Source of the DNA: Erysipelotrichaceae bacterium
GTDB taxonomy: Bacteria; Bacillota_I; Bacilli_A; Erysipelotrichales; Erysipelotrichaceae
Length of the DNA stretch: 32,000 bases
NCBI GenBank assembly: GCA_963676105.1
Contig: OY781039.1
Location: 1,380,001 to 1,412,000, forward strand
Direction of reading: 5' to 3'
Position numbers and translations under genes: made by a program. The notes beneath the pieces are model-generated. The model did no database searches. It was not told the DNA's origin and worked only from the letters and a program-made list of their open reading frames with translations. Shown here one piece after another: positions 21,409 to 30,535 of the stretch. Positions within the stretch are counted from its first letter, which is position 1. The number at the start of each line of letters is the position of its first letter.

Positions 21409-23331
21409 TTTGTAGGTAATGTGATCTAACGCTTTAGACACTTGATTTCTGAAGTTATCTAGAGTTAGATTTTCCATTACTGCTTTAACAAAATTTTCAT
21501 TAGTCACAAATTCTGATAAATATGACCACAATTGAAAAGCCTTTGGATTATCTGCTTCAATGCTAATTAGGATAACAATTTGAACTTGATTATTAAATTT
21601 ATCCCATGAGATTGGTTTATCTAATAATGCCAATGAGATATGAGTTTTTTTAGTTACTGGTGTCATTGGGTGTGGCATTGCAACAAAATTACCAAAGTAT
21701 GTACCACCCATTGTTTCTCTTTTATTAACTTCCACTTTTAACTGCTCAGCAAAGTCATCTATATTTTCAATCATATTAATGAGTTTGCTCATTAATTCAT
21801 CTTTTCTATTTATGTGTCCAATGAATGTCATCTCAGGTTTAAACATAGCTAGAATATCTTCCTTGCCATTAAAACCATCTAAAATCATTCTAATATTTCG
21901 ATGATCTTCATCAGTTGGAAACTCTGATATTAAAATCGCATCATCAAGTTCTCTAAAAACATTGCTTTCAGTTGTACACACGACTTTATATTCACTTGTA
22001 ACAACATTTTCTAGTTCGAAAGGATCAATAATTGATAATTCTGAAATTGACTCAGAAAACCAAGAATAAATTCTTTCTCTTAATAAAAGCGTTTCACTTC
22101 TCTTTAGTGAACTAATAATTAAAATTTTATTAGTTGTATCATTTTTCTGAATATTCAGAATCGAAGTATTGAAATAAATCGCAAAATAAGCAATCTCATC
22201 TTCACTAATTGAATAACCATATTTTTCTTGAATTCGATAAGCTACAAACGAGGCAATATCAAAAGCCATGGGATAAGCTTTACGTACATGGTCTAACATT
22301 TTATTCTTGAGTTGCATATTATATTTCAAACGCGTGATTAGTGGAATAATATGCAAAGACAGTGAAATACGTAATTGGACGTTATCAGATAAATCAACCC
22401 CAAAATTCTCTTTTATTGCACTTAGAGATTGACTAACAAATTCATCAATGTCATCCGTAATATATGAACTCTCAGGATAGTTAGACTTACCACGTAAATA
22501 TACTGCTAATCGATTTATTTCAGATTTAACCATTGGTATTCCAAAAGAACGATGGCATTTTTCAAATATGTCATTTGCGATGACTATCTCATTTGAGAAC
22601 TCTTTATTTATCGCATCATCTACCACTTCTTCTAAGAAAAATCCAATCATAATACGTCGAATAATAATATCGATATGAACAATTAAATTTTGTAGCGCAA
22701 CATCTGATATTCCATATTTATGCTTTGTTAAAGTATCAACTAATATTTCACCAATTTGTCCAAGATTCATTGAAATTTGACCAATGGTCATAAACTCGTT
22801 ATAGGCATAAAAAAGATCGATATTTTCATTGTTTATACAGATTCTAATATCCGTTTCTTTCGCTTTGATTGCTAAGCCATGATTTGGTTTATGAATTACC
22901 TCAATATTATATTGATCTAATATATGCTTAGCATTTTTCAAATCATTAATAAGCGTTGATTTTGATACAAACAATCGATCTGCCATATGCTGTAAATCCA
23001 TCCCTTGTTTAGATTCAAACAGCAATGCGATAATTTTATTAACTCTGTCTTTAGGTGTACCAACAGCTGTTTGATAAAGAGTTGATTTTTGCTCATCTAG
23101 AAAGTCATCATATTTAGTGTCATTGCTTATGACTAATTGATAGCCTTTTGATGGAATTGATTTAAATTCTATAAATTCAAAAGGATCTATCTCTTTTTTA
23201 ATTACACTCAATTCAGTTTTAACAGTACGTACACTGATGTCAAATTTACTCGCAATTTCATCAGCCGTCATAAAAAGTGAATTATCATTTTGTAACTCAC
23301 ATAGAATTTTAAATTGTCTCTCAGTTAACAT
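21394..23331 (-). CDS. PRD-domain transcriptional activator (MtlR/ManR/LicR class)
   Basis: 645 aa with an N-terminal wHTH, an Mga-like HTH, two PRD-like regions, an EIIB-like region and a C-terminal EIIA(Fru/Mtl)-like domain carrying VAMPHP. The RBS is GAGGA. Confidence 0.9.
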   Translation of the reverse strand: MLTERQFKILCELQNDNSLFMTADEIASKFDISVRTVKTELSVIKKEIDPFEFIEFKSIPSKGYQLVISNDTKYDDFLDEQKSTLYQTAVGTPKDRVNKIIALLFESKQGMDLQHMADRLFVSKSTLINDLKNAKHILDQYNIEVIHKPNHGLAIKAKETDIRICINNENIDLFYAYNEFMTIGQISMNLGQIGEILVDTLTKHKYGISDVALQNLIVHIDIIIRRIMIGFFLEEVVDDAINKEFSNEIVIANDIFEKCHRSFGIPMVKSEINRLAVYLRGKSNYPESSYITDDIDEFVSQSLSAIKENFGVDLSDNVQLRISLSLHIIPLITRLKYNMQLKNKMLDHVRKAYPMAFDIASFVAYRIQEKYGYSISEDEIAYFAIYFNTSILNIQKNDTTNKILIISSLKRSETLLLRERIYSWFSESISELSIIDPFELENVVTSEYKVVCTTESNVFRELDDAILISEFPTDEDHRNIRMILDGFNGKEDILAMFKPEMTFIGHINRKDELMSKLINMIENIDDFAEQLKVEVNKRETMGGTYFGNFVAMPHPMTPVTKKTHISLALLDKPISWDKFNNQVQIVILISIEADNPKAFQLWSYLSEFVTNENFVKAVMENLTLDNFRNQVSKALDHITYKLHEY

Positions 23332-23415
23332 GGCTATCCTCGCATTAAAAAGCCAAACCCCAAATTTCAGACTTTTATAATAAAACTATATCACTCGCAA
23401 AAAACATTTAATGCA

Positions 23416-23445
23416 AATAATTGCACGATTTATTGTGCAATTATT
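23416..23445. promoter_or_regulatory. Hairpin/palindrome AATAATTGCAC-N8-GTGCAATTATT (operator and/or terminator candidate)
   Basis: Perfect 11-bp arms with an 8-nt spacer. It begins 4 nt after the HAD stop, about 100 nt upstream of the regulator-2 ATG. Confidence 0.5.
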
Positions 23446-23449
23446 ATTC

Positions 23450-24082
23450 TCATAGAAATGTATAAATTTCACGCATATCCGTTATGATTTGATCTGCCTT
23501 CGATTGGTCAATAAATCCACCTTTATCCTTATACGCAACCGTGAATAGTTCTGCTGCTTTTGCAGCTTCAATACCCATCTTTGAATCTTCTACGACAATG
23601 CATTCATCTTTTTGTATATTTAAAAGTCTAACAGTTTCATTATAAATATATGGATCAGGTTTTCTTTTATCTGTAAGTTCTGTCGATAAAACTAAGTCAA
23701 AGTAATTTCGAATCATGCAATCATTCATAATAATCTCGAGTCTCGCATAAGTTGAATTAGATGCACACGCAATCCTAATTTTCTTTTCATGTAAAAATTC
23801 TAAGACTTCTATTATATTGTCTGTTCTTATGTCTAAAAAATCAGTCGCTGTATGCATTTTGTTTAGTATTGATTTTCTATTTCTAATATATGCTTCTTGC
23901 TCACCAAATAATCGATCAAAGTTAATTCCTTTATCTACTTTTGTTCCTCCAGCTGAAGTATATAGGTCTTGTTTCGAAACTCTGACACCAAGACTCTCTA
24001 GATATTCATATTCTTTCTCTAAACGATAATCTTCTGTTTGACAGAGAACACCATCTAAATCAAAAATGATAGCTTTTATCAT
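23450..24082 (-). CDS. HAD-IA hydrolase (beta-phosphoglucomutase/phosphatase-like)
   Basis: N-terminal IIFDLDGVL motif I, a KPDP motif and a VEDS acidic motif. It overlaps the upstream MBL gene by ATGA. Confidence 0.9.
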   Translation of the reverse strand: MIKAIIFDLDGVLCQTEDYRLEKEYEYLESLGVRVSKQDLYTSAGGTKVDKGINFDRLFGEQEAYIRNRKSILNKMHTATDFLDIRTDNIIEVLEFLHEKKIRIACASNSTYARLEIIMNDCMIRNYFDLVLSTELTDKRKPDPYIYNETVRLLNIQKDECIVVEDSKMGIEAAKAAELFTVAYKDKGGFIDQSKADQIITDMREIYTFL

Positions 24083-25110
24083 TTGTTTAGCTCAGATACT
24101 TTATTTTCGAATTTTGAGTTTTCAGGTAGATAAATACTCTCAGCAGAATATCGAATAGCAGTACCTTGATGAATATTTTTGTAAAATAAGTGTCTTACAT
24201 TTCCCCATCGTTCTACTGTTTTTGAATTATCATATCCACTTGGATTTTCTAGTATACTTTTTGCACAATTCAACAAATATTGTAAATATGAATTAGTTAG
24301 ATCTACCATACCATGTCCAGGAAATACACCTGATACTTCAGGAAATCTAGGTTCAAATTTAACTAGTGCACTATATAAAGCTTCAACTGAATAAAATTCT
24401 GCATAAGGGTGATCTTTGGGTGATGTACCAACACCTGTGACATCTCCAATAAAAATAGCTTTACTAACATGATCATAAAACGCACATTGTCCTGCAGCGT
24501 GTCCTGGTAAATGAACTGCTTCAACTTTATAACCTTTTCCTAAGTCAAATAGATGACCATCTTCTACTCCAACAATTTCATATTTTTTAGGCTTGATGAT
24601 ATCCTCTCTATCAAATTCAGCAAACAATGGTTTACCAGTTTCCTTATCAAATAAATAATCCCAAATATGTGGGTTATTTTTTTGTTCTAAATTATATACT
24701 TCAGCTTCGTGACAATATACTTTATCAAATTGACCATTGCCGTATGCATGATCAAAATGAGCATGTGTATTTACAACAATCAATTCTTTATTTCCACTTA
24801 AATGATTACATAAGCCTTTTAAGTCACCTACACCAAATCCAGTATCAATTAACATTGCTTTGTCTGGACCAACAATAAGATAACTCCATGGATCTCCAGC
24901 TCCATCAAAACTTTCTGAATATAAACAAAATAAGTTTTTTCTCATTTCATAAACTTCATAATAAGGGTTGATTTCTGGAAACTCCTGTTTTAAATCACTA
25001 TGTTCTCTGAGTATTTTAAAGTATGACCAACGAATTGGTTTTTCTTCTTCCCATACTAATTTCTTGGATTTCAAATTTGATTTTATTTCTCTTGGTTTTT
25101 GATTAAACAT
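24079..25110 (-). CDS. MBL-fold metallo-hydrolase (343 aa)
   Basis: An HAHFDH motif, then HLPGHAAG and PGHG. Confidence 0.9.
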   Translation of the reverse strand: MFNQKPREIKSNLKSKKLVWEEEKPIRWSYFKILREHSDLKQEFPEINPYYEVYEMRKNLFCLYSESFDGAGDPWSYLIVGPDKAMLIDTGFGVGDLKGLCNHLSGNKELIVVNTHAHFDHAYGNGQFDKVYCHEAEVYNLEQKNNPHIWDYLFDKETGKPLFAEFDREDIIKPKKYEIVGVEDGHLFDLGKGYKVEAVHLPGHAAGQCAFYDHVSKAIFIGDVTGVGTSPKDHPYAEFYSVEALYSALVKFEPRFPEVSGVFPGHGMVDLTNSYLQYLLNCAKSILENPSGYDNSKTVERWGNVRHLFYKNIHQGTAIRYSAESIYLPENSKFENKVSELNK

Positions 25111-25172
25111 ATTTCTCTCTTTTCTTCATAACTAAATCAAGATTATCAAATTAAAGTTTTGTTTAAATATTA

Positions 25173-25200
25173 AATATTGCACAATTGTTCGTGCAATATT
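25173..25200. promoter_or_regulatory. Hairpin/palindrome AATATTGCAC-N8-GTGCAATATT (operator and/or terminator candidate)
   Basis: Perfect 10-bp arms with an 8-nt spacer. It begins 9 nt after the MATE stop, about 75 nt upstream of the MBL ATG. Confidence 0.5.
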
Positions 25201-25209
25201 ATTAATACT

Positions 25210-26598
25210 TTAATTATCTTCTTTGTTAGATATGAATAGTTTTCTAGTTTTCCATTTACCGCTTAAATAATATCCACCGTGAATGAAAACGCCTGCTAAG
25301 CGACCTAATGAGTGACCTAAATAGAATCCAACTGCTTCCATGTGAAAATATATTCCGAATAGAAATCCAAACCCTAACCGTAAGAAAACACCATCTAAAA
25401 CACCTGCTAGAAAGTTCAACCGAGCATTGCCTGAACCTGCTGTTACCGTATTAAAACTGCCACTCATCGCAGCTAAAAAGTAAGTAAAAGCGGTAATCAT
25501 CATAATTGTACTCGCATACTTTTCCGTATTTATATCACTTGTAAACATAGAGAATATTTGATTTGGAAACAATATAGATGGTATCGCTAACATTAATGCG
25601 AATATCATTGTTAAGCCTAGAGACCAACGAACAACTGTTTTGACCCTATTTGGCTTCCCTGCTCCTAAATTTTGTGCAACCATAGTAGATCCTGCTTGTC
25701 GAACAGCCATAGTGACGACATTCGTTAGAAATACAATCTTATCTCCAATACTATAAACAGCTGCCTGCAATAAGCCATATTGATTCACAAATGAAATAAC
25801 TATCAATTGAGATCCTTGAATAGAAAGTGCGCTTAATGATCTTGGTAGCCCAATACTTACAATCATTTTTAATTTATCTTTTTTCAATTTAAATGACTTA
25901 AGTTTAAAATCAAAATCAAAGTGCTCTTTATTACGATAAAGGTATGTTGTTGAAAACATTAGTGAAACAGCTTGCCCAACAACTGTTGCAATAGCTGTGC
26001 CTGTTGCACCTAAGTTAAATATCCCGATTAATACAAAATCTAAAATGATGTTAACAGTTGTCGCAATACCAATGAATACAAGAGGCATTTTAGACTCACC
26101 AATACCTCTTAGGATTGCCGATACACCATTATATCCAAATGTAAAAACGAAACCTAATGAAGTAATGCGTAAATAACTCAATGCAGAATAATACGATTCT
26201 TGTGGTGTTTGTAATAATGTGATTATTTCCTTTGAAAACAACATGCATAATACTGACAATACTAATGCAATAATCATCAACAAACTGAATAAAGTACCTA
26301 TTGTTTCTGATACTTCCTTATGTTTCTTGGCACCAATTTGTTGACCTATAATGATTTGTCCTGCACTTGATAAAGACATACTAACCATCGTAAAGATGTT
26401 TAACATTTTTCCACCTTGTGAGACTGCAACGATACCTACATTCCCAGCATATTGTCCTATAATCATCATATCTATAGTGTTATATAGACTATTTAAAATA
26501 TTAGCTAAAAGAAAAGGTGTGAGAAACTTTAATAAAGGCAATACTAGATCACCTTCAGTGAAATCCTTTCCCAATGTTTTAATTTTATTTTTTGACAT
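25210..26598 (-). CDS. MATE-family efflux transporter
   Basis: 462 aa, about 12 TM segments, with an N-terminal pattern (PLLKFLTPFLLANILNSLYNTIDMMIIGQ) typical of MATE/NorM. Confidence 0.95.
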   Translation of the reverse strand: MSKNKIKTLGKDFTEGDLVLPLLKFLTPFLLANILNSLYNTIDMMIIGQYAGNVGIVAVSQGGKMLNIFTMVSMSLSSAGQIIIGQQIGAKKHKEVSETIGTLFSLLMIIALVLSVLCMLFSKEIITLLQTPQESYYSALSYLRITSLGFVFTFGYNGVSAILRGIGESKMPLVFIGIATTVNIILDFVLIGIFNLGATGTAIATVVGQAVSLMFSTTYLYRNKEHFDFDFKLKSFKLKKDKLKMIVSIGLPRSLSALSIQGSQLIVISFVNQYGLLQAAVYSIGDKIVFLTNVVTMAVRQAGSTMVAQNLGAGKPNRVKTVVRWSLGLTMIFALMLAIPSILFPNQIFSMFTSDINTEKYASTIMMITAFTYFLAAMSGSFNTVTAGSGNARLNFLAGVLDGVFLRLGFGFLFGIYFHMEAVGFYLGHSLGRLAGVFIHGGYYLSGKWKTRKLFISNKEDN

Positions 26599-26649
26599 AT
26601 CACTTAATAATTTATCAATTTATCTAAGCTAAAAGTGTAATGTTTTGCA

Positions 26650-26678
26650 CTTATAGTAATGCATTTATCTGTTTTCAA
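26650..26678 (-). promoter_or_regulatory. Candidate sigma-A promoter of the MATE gene
   Basis: On the minus strand, TTGAAA (26673-78), a 17-nt spacer, then TATAAG (26650-55). The -10 runs directly into element copy 3, AAGTGCAAaacaTTACACTTTT. Confidence 0.4.
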
Positions 26679-26747
26679 ATTCGATAAAAAATTAGAATTA
26701 CATATTCCATTTTTTCTGAAATTATTCTTGTTTACCACTTTATGATT

Positions 26748-27248
26748 TTATTGGTTATCAAAATAATGAATTCGACTTTCATCAAATCGATTCTTCTGTT
26801 TAGCTTCTTTTAACGGATAACCAAACGGAATAATTGCGAAGACTTCTAAATTCAAAGGTACATCTAAAATGAGTCTAACGTGATTCATCCTTGCTTTTAT
26901 GGGTGCTATTCCTAACCAAACAGACCCAAGTTCAAGTTCATCTGCTTCCAACATGATATTTTGTACAGAACAACTTAAATCTATTTCAGCATATTCAGGG
27001 TATTTAATTTCTTTTCTATAACATGCAACAATCGCAACCGATGCTCTTTTTAAACTATCAGCGTAAGGACTACTTTCGGATAGTTTTTCTAAAACTTGTT
27101 TATTTTTTACAACATAAAATTCCCATGGTTGTTGATTGCCTGCTGATGGTGCTGCCATTGCAGCTTGAAGTATTCTAGTGATTTTTTCTTGTTCAACAGG
27201 TCTCTCAGAAAAATTTCTAACACTAGTTCTATGAAAAATACTATTCAT
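26748..27248 (-). CDS. Nitroreductase-family protein
   Basis: 166 aa with RTSVRNF...[11 protein letters not shown], typical of the NAD(P)H nitroreductase fold. The RBS is AAAGGAGAGG. Confidence 0.9.
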   Translation of the reverse strand: MNSIFHRTSVRNFSERPVEQEKITRILQAAMAAPSAGNQQPWEFYVVKNKQVLEKLSESSPYADSLKRASVAIVACYRKEIKYPEYAEIDLSCSVQNIMLEADELELGSVWLGIAPIKARMNHVRLILDVPLNLEVFAIIPFGYPLKEAKQKNRFDESRIHYFDNQ

Positions 27249-27306
27249 AACCTCTCCTTTCGATGTTTTTTTATTAATATCAAATTATTATAGATACTAA
27301 ATTAAT

Positions 27307-27337
27307 AAAAAGTAGAAATTTTGATTTTTCTACTTTT
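27307..27337. terminator. Bidirectional intrinsic terminator after the MFS gene
   Basis: Perfect 12-bp stem AAAAAGTAGAAA / TTTCTACTTTTT with a 7-nt loop and flanking T runs. Confidence 0.7.
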
Positions 27338-27352
27338 TTTAATTACTACTTT

Positions 27353-28528
27353 TCACATCAACGACTCATTCGTCTTTTTGAGATGTGGAATCATATAGAA
27401 AAGTATGAATACTATAAGCATTAGTGTCACAATAATCGAAATGCCTGCAAATGCATAACGGTAACCCAAGAAGGAAGCGATATAACCAGAAACCATTGCT
27501 CCTATAAATTGACCTAAATCTTGACCAGCATAGGATGTATTACTAGCTTTACCTCTTTCCTTCTGTGGCACGGAGGACATACACATACTTTGTAGTGGTG
27601 GTTGTGAACCAGATTTACCAATACCAAACAATAATGCTGCAATGATAAAGTAAGTTCTATTTTGAGCAAAGAACAATGATAATAGACCAGCTATAATCAT
27701 AAATTCACTTACTATCGTAAACACATATATATTTTTCTCATTTATAAATTTTGCAATAAATGGTCTTGTAAATAAGATAGATAATGCTTGAATCATAAAG
27801 AATGATCCTAAATTTGTAACATTTAGTTCATCAGCATATATCAATAGAAACGATGCTACAGCAGATACTTGCATTGTATTACTCATTAAAACAAGTGTTG
27901 GTAGTAATGCCTTAACTGCAAACATATCCTTTATTTTGATTGAAATCGGGCTATTCTCAATCGCGACGTGCGTGGTTTTAAAGAATGTCACCAATATAAA
28001 GGCAATCGTCATAATTGTTGTTGATACAAGATATAAGGATTTAAATCCACTAGTATCAATAATATATAATGCAATGCTAGGTCCAATAACTTGAGCCAAT
28101 GTTTGAGATAATGTATAAATTCCTATCCCATTTGCTAATCTTTCCTTAGGTAATGCATTCGCTGCAGTTGTTAAACTAAGTGTTGACCCAAACCCCCAAG
28201 CCAATCCATTGATAGCTCTGGATCCAATTATATATATTGGATTAGTCGCAAACACTAAAACAATATTAGATACAATTAAAAGCCCCACACTCGCAAATAG
28301 AAGTTTTTTATGATTACTTCTATCAACGACTTGTCCAACAAATGGCCGAGTTATCAATGCGATTATGCCAAACGTACCACCAATAACACCTATAAGATGA
28401 GTTGATGCTGACATTGTATTCGCATATTTCGTCACGGTGTTTTGAACCATTTGATTAGACAAATAGATTGCAAAAGCTATCACCATTATTATGACGAATT
28501 GTGAATTATACAATTTTTCTTTTTTCAT
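27353..28528 (-). CDS. MFS transporter
   Basis: 391 aa, about 12 TM segments, with a GQVVDR loop motif between TM2 and TM3. Confidence 0.9.
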   Translation of the reverse strand: MKKEKLYNSQFVIIMVIAFAIYLSNQMVQNTVTKYANTMSASTHLIGVIGGTFGIIALITRPFVGQVVDRSNHKKLLFASVGLLIVSNIVLVFATNPIYIIGSRAINGLAWGFGSTLSLTTAANALPKERLANGIGIYTLSQTLAQVIGPSIALYIIDTSGFKSLYLVSTTIMTIAFILVTFFKTTHVAIENSPISIKIKDMFAVKALLPTLVLMSNTMQVSAVASFLLIYADELNVTNLGSFFMIQALSILFTRPFIAKFINEKNIYVFTIVSEFMIIAGLLSLFFAQNRTYFIIAALLFGIGKSGSQPPLQSMCMSSVPQKERGKASNTSYAGQDLGQFIGAMVSGYIASFLGYRYAFAGISIIVTLMLIVFILFYMIPHLKKTNESLM

Positions 28529-28559
28529 TTAATTCAATTTGTCTTTCTAATCAGCAAGT

Positions 28560-29528
28560 TTAAACAACTTTTTTCATTTTATTTATTTCTAGTGTTTTCC
28601 AACAAGAAACAAAATGACCTGGGTTAATTTCATCAAGTGATTGTGGTTCGTTGCATCTTTCTTCCGCATACGGACATCTAGGCGCGAACCTACATCCTGG
28701 TTTTGGATTGATTGGTGAAACAAGTTCACCTTTAATTGGAATCCTTTTATTTTCTTCATGAATATTTATTGAAGGAATTGCAGATAAAAGTGCTTTAGTA
28801 TAAGGATGAAGAGGTTTATTAAAAAGTTCTTCTGTATTACAGGTTTCAACCAATTGACCAAGATACATAACACAAATACTATCTGATATATGTCTTACAA
28901 CTGAAAGATCATGGGTAACAAACATGTATGTTAAACCTTTTTCTTCCTGTAAATCCATCAGTAAATTCAAAATTTGAGCTTGAATTGATACATCAAGTGC
29001 AGATACTGGTTCATCACAAACAACAAATTTTGGATTTAGCGCAAGTGCACGACCAATCCCAACTCTCTGCTTACGACCACCATCTAGTTCGTGTGGATAT
29101 GACATTCTTAGACGTGGTTCAATCCCAACCATATCCATGATTCTAATAGCTTCTTTTTCTAAAGCTGCACCTGTAAATTTCTTAGAAATAATCAAAGGTT
29201 CTTTAATAATTTCTTGTACAGTCATACGAGGGTTAAGTGATGAGGAAGGATCTTGGAAAATAATTTGCATATCTTCACGCGCCTTACTTAATTTCTTGCC
29301 AGTAACGTGTGTAATATCATTACCTTCTAGATAGATGCTGCCATCCGTACTATCTAATAAGTGAATCAACACTCTGCCTAAGGTAGATTTCCCACAACCA
29401 GATTCGCCAACAACACCTAAGGTAGTACCTTGTTCAATTTTAAAAGAAACATCATCAACTGCTTGGACTTTTCCACGTGCAGAATCAAAGTATTTTTTTA
29501 AGTTTTTAACTTCTATTAGCGTTGACAT
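28560..29528 (-). CDS. Peptide/nickel ABC transporter ATP-binding protein (OppF-like)
   Basis: Walker A GESGCGKST, signature LDGGRKQR and Walker B VCDEP. The C-terminal Cys-rich oligopeptide-transporter extension is GCRFAPRCPYAEERC. Confidence 0.9.
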   Translation of the reverse strand: MSTLIEVKNLKKYFDSARGKVQAVDDVSFKIEQGTTLGVVGESGCGKSTLGRVLIHLLDSTDGSIYLEGNDITHVTGKKLSKAREDMQIIFQDPSSSLNPRMTVQEIIKEPLIISKKFTGAALEKEAIRIMDMVGIEPRLRMSYPHELDGGRKQRVGIGRALALNPKFVVCDEPVSALDVSIQAQILNLLMDLQEEKGLTYMFVTHDLSVVRHISDSICVMYLGQLVETCNTEELFNKPLHPYTKALLSAIPSINIHEENKRIPIKGELVSPINPKPGCRFAPRCPYAEERCNEPQSLDEINPGHFVSCWKTLEINKMKKVV

Positions 29529-29530
29529 AA

Positions 29531-30520
29531 TTAACTCCTATCCTCAGTATGAATACATCTGCAAAAATGACCTTTAGTAATTTCAACAAGCGGTATTTTA
29601 TCAGTTCTACAGGCTTCAGTTGCTTTAGGACAACGTGGGCTAAAACTACATCCTTTTGGTAAATTTGTTGGATCTGGTGGTAGTCCATCAATAGGTGATA
29701 GTCTTTCCATATTCGTATTCATATTTGGAAGAGCTCCAAAAAGTCCCGTTGTATATGGATGAGTTGGATGATCAAATAAATCTTCTAAAGTCCCAATTTC
29801 TAGAATTTCACCAGCATAAATTACAGCTACATCATCACAAACTTCTGCTACTACACCTAAGTCATGTGTAATCAACAATAATGATGTATTAAAAGATTCT
29901 TTTAATTTCATAATAATTTCTAATACTTGAGCTTGAATGGTGACATCTAACGCTGTTGTTGGTTCATCAGCAAGTAATAGTTCTGGACTACATGCTAATG
30001 CCATCGCAATGACAACTCTTTGTTTCATACCACCTGAAAATTGATGTGGATAATCATCAGCTCTATCTGCCGGTATACCAACAAGTCTTAGCATTTCAAC
30101 AGCTTGTTTATATGCTTGTTCTTTTGTATATGGATTATGTAAAAGCAAACCTTCTGATATTTGCTTTACAACTGTTATAACTGGGTTAAGGGCAGTCATA
30201 GGATCTTGGAAAATCATAGAGACTTTCTTGCCTCTTATTTTCCGCTTTTCATTCTCACTAAGTTTAAGAATATCTACACCATCTATGAATATTTCACCAT
30301 TTGTAATACGTGATGGTGGTTCAGGAAGTACTTGAATAATTGATTTCGCAATTGATGTCTTTCCCGCTCCTGTTTCTCCAACTAAGCCAAGTGTTCTGCC
30401 TTTTTTTATATCAAAAGATACACCATTTACGGCTTTAATAATGCTTCCTTCTGATGTGTATTCAACATATAAATCCTTCAAGGATAAAAATACATTTGAA
30501 TCAATATTTTTTTCTGTCAT
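29531..30520 (-). CDS. Peptide/nickel ABC transporter ATP-binding protein (OppD-like)
   Basis: Walker A GETGAGKTS, signature FSGGMKQR and Walker B LADEPTTALD. The C-terminal Cys motif is GCSFSPRCPKATEAC. Confidence 0.9.
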   Translation of the reverse strand: MTEKNIDSNVFLSLKDLYVEYTSEGSIIKAVNGVSFDIKKGRTLGLVGETGAGKTSIAKSIIQVLPEPPSRITNGEIFIDGVDILKLSENEKRKIRGKKVSMIFQDPMTALNPVITVVKQISEGLLLHNPYTKEQAYKQAVEMLRLVGIPADRADDYPHQFSGGMKQRVVIAMALACSPELLLADEPTTALDVTIQAQVLEIIMKLKESFNTSLLLITHDLGVVAEVCDDVAVIYAGEILEIGTLEDLFDHPTHPYTTGLFGALPNMNTNMERLSPIDGLPPDPTNLPKGCSFSPRCPKATEACRTDKIPLVEITKGHFCRCIHTEDRS

Positions 30521-30535
30521 ATCTTTTCCTCTTTA

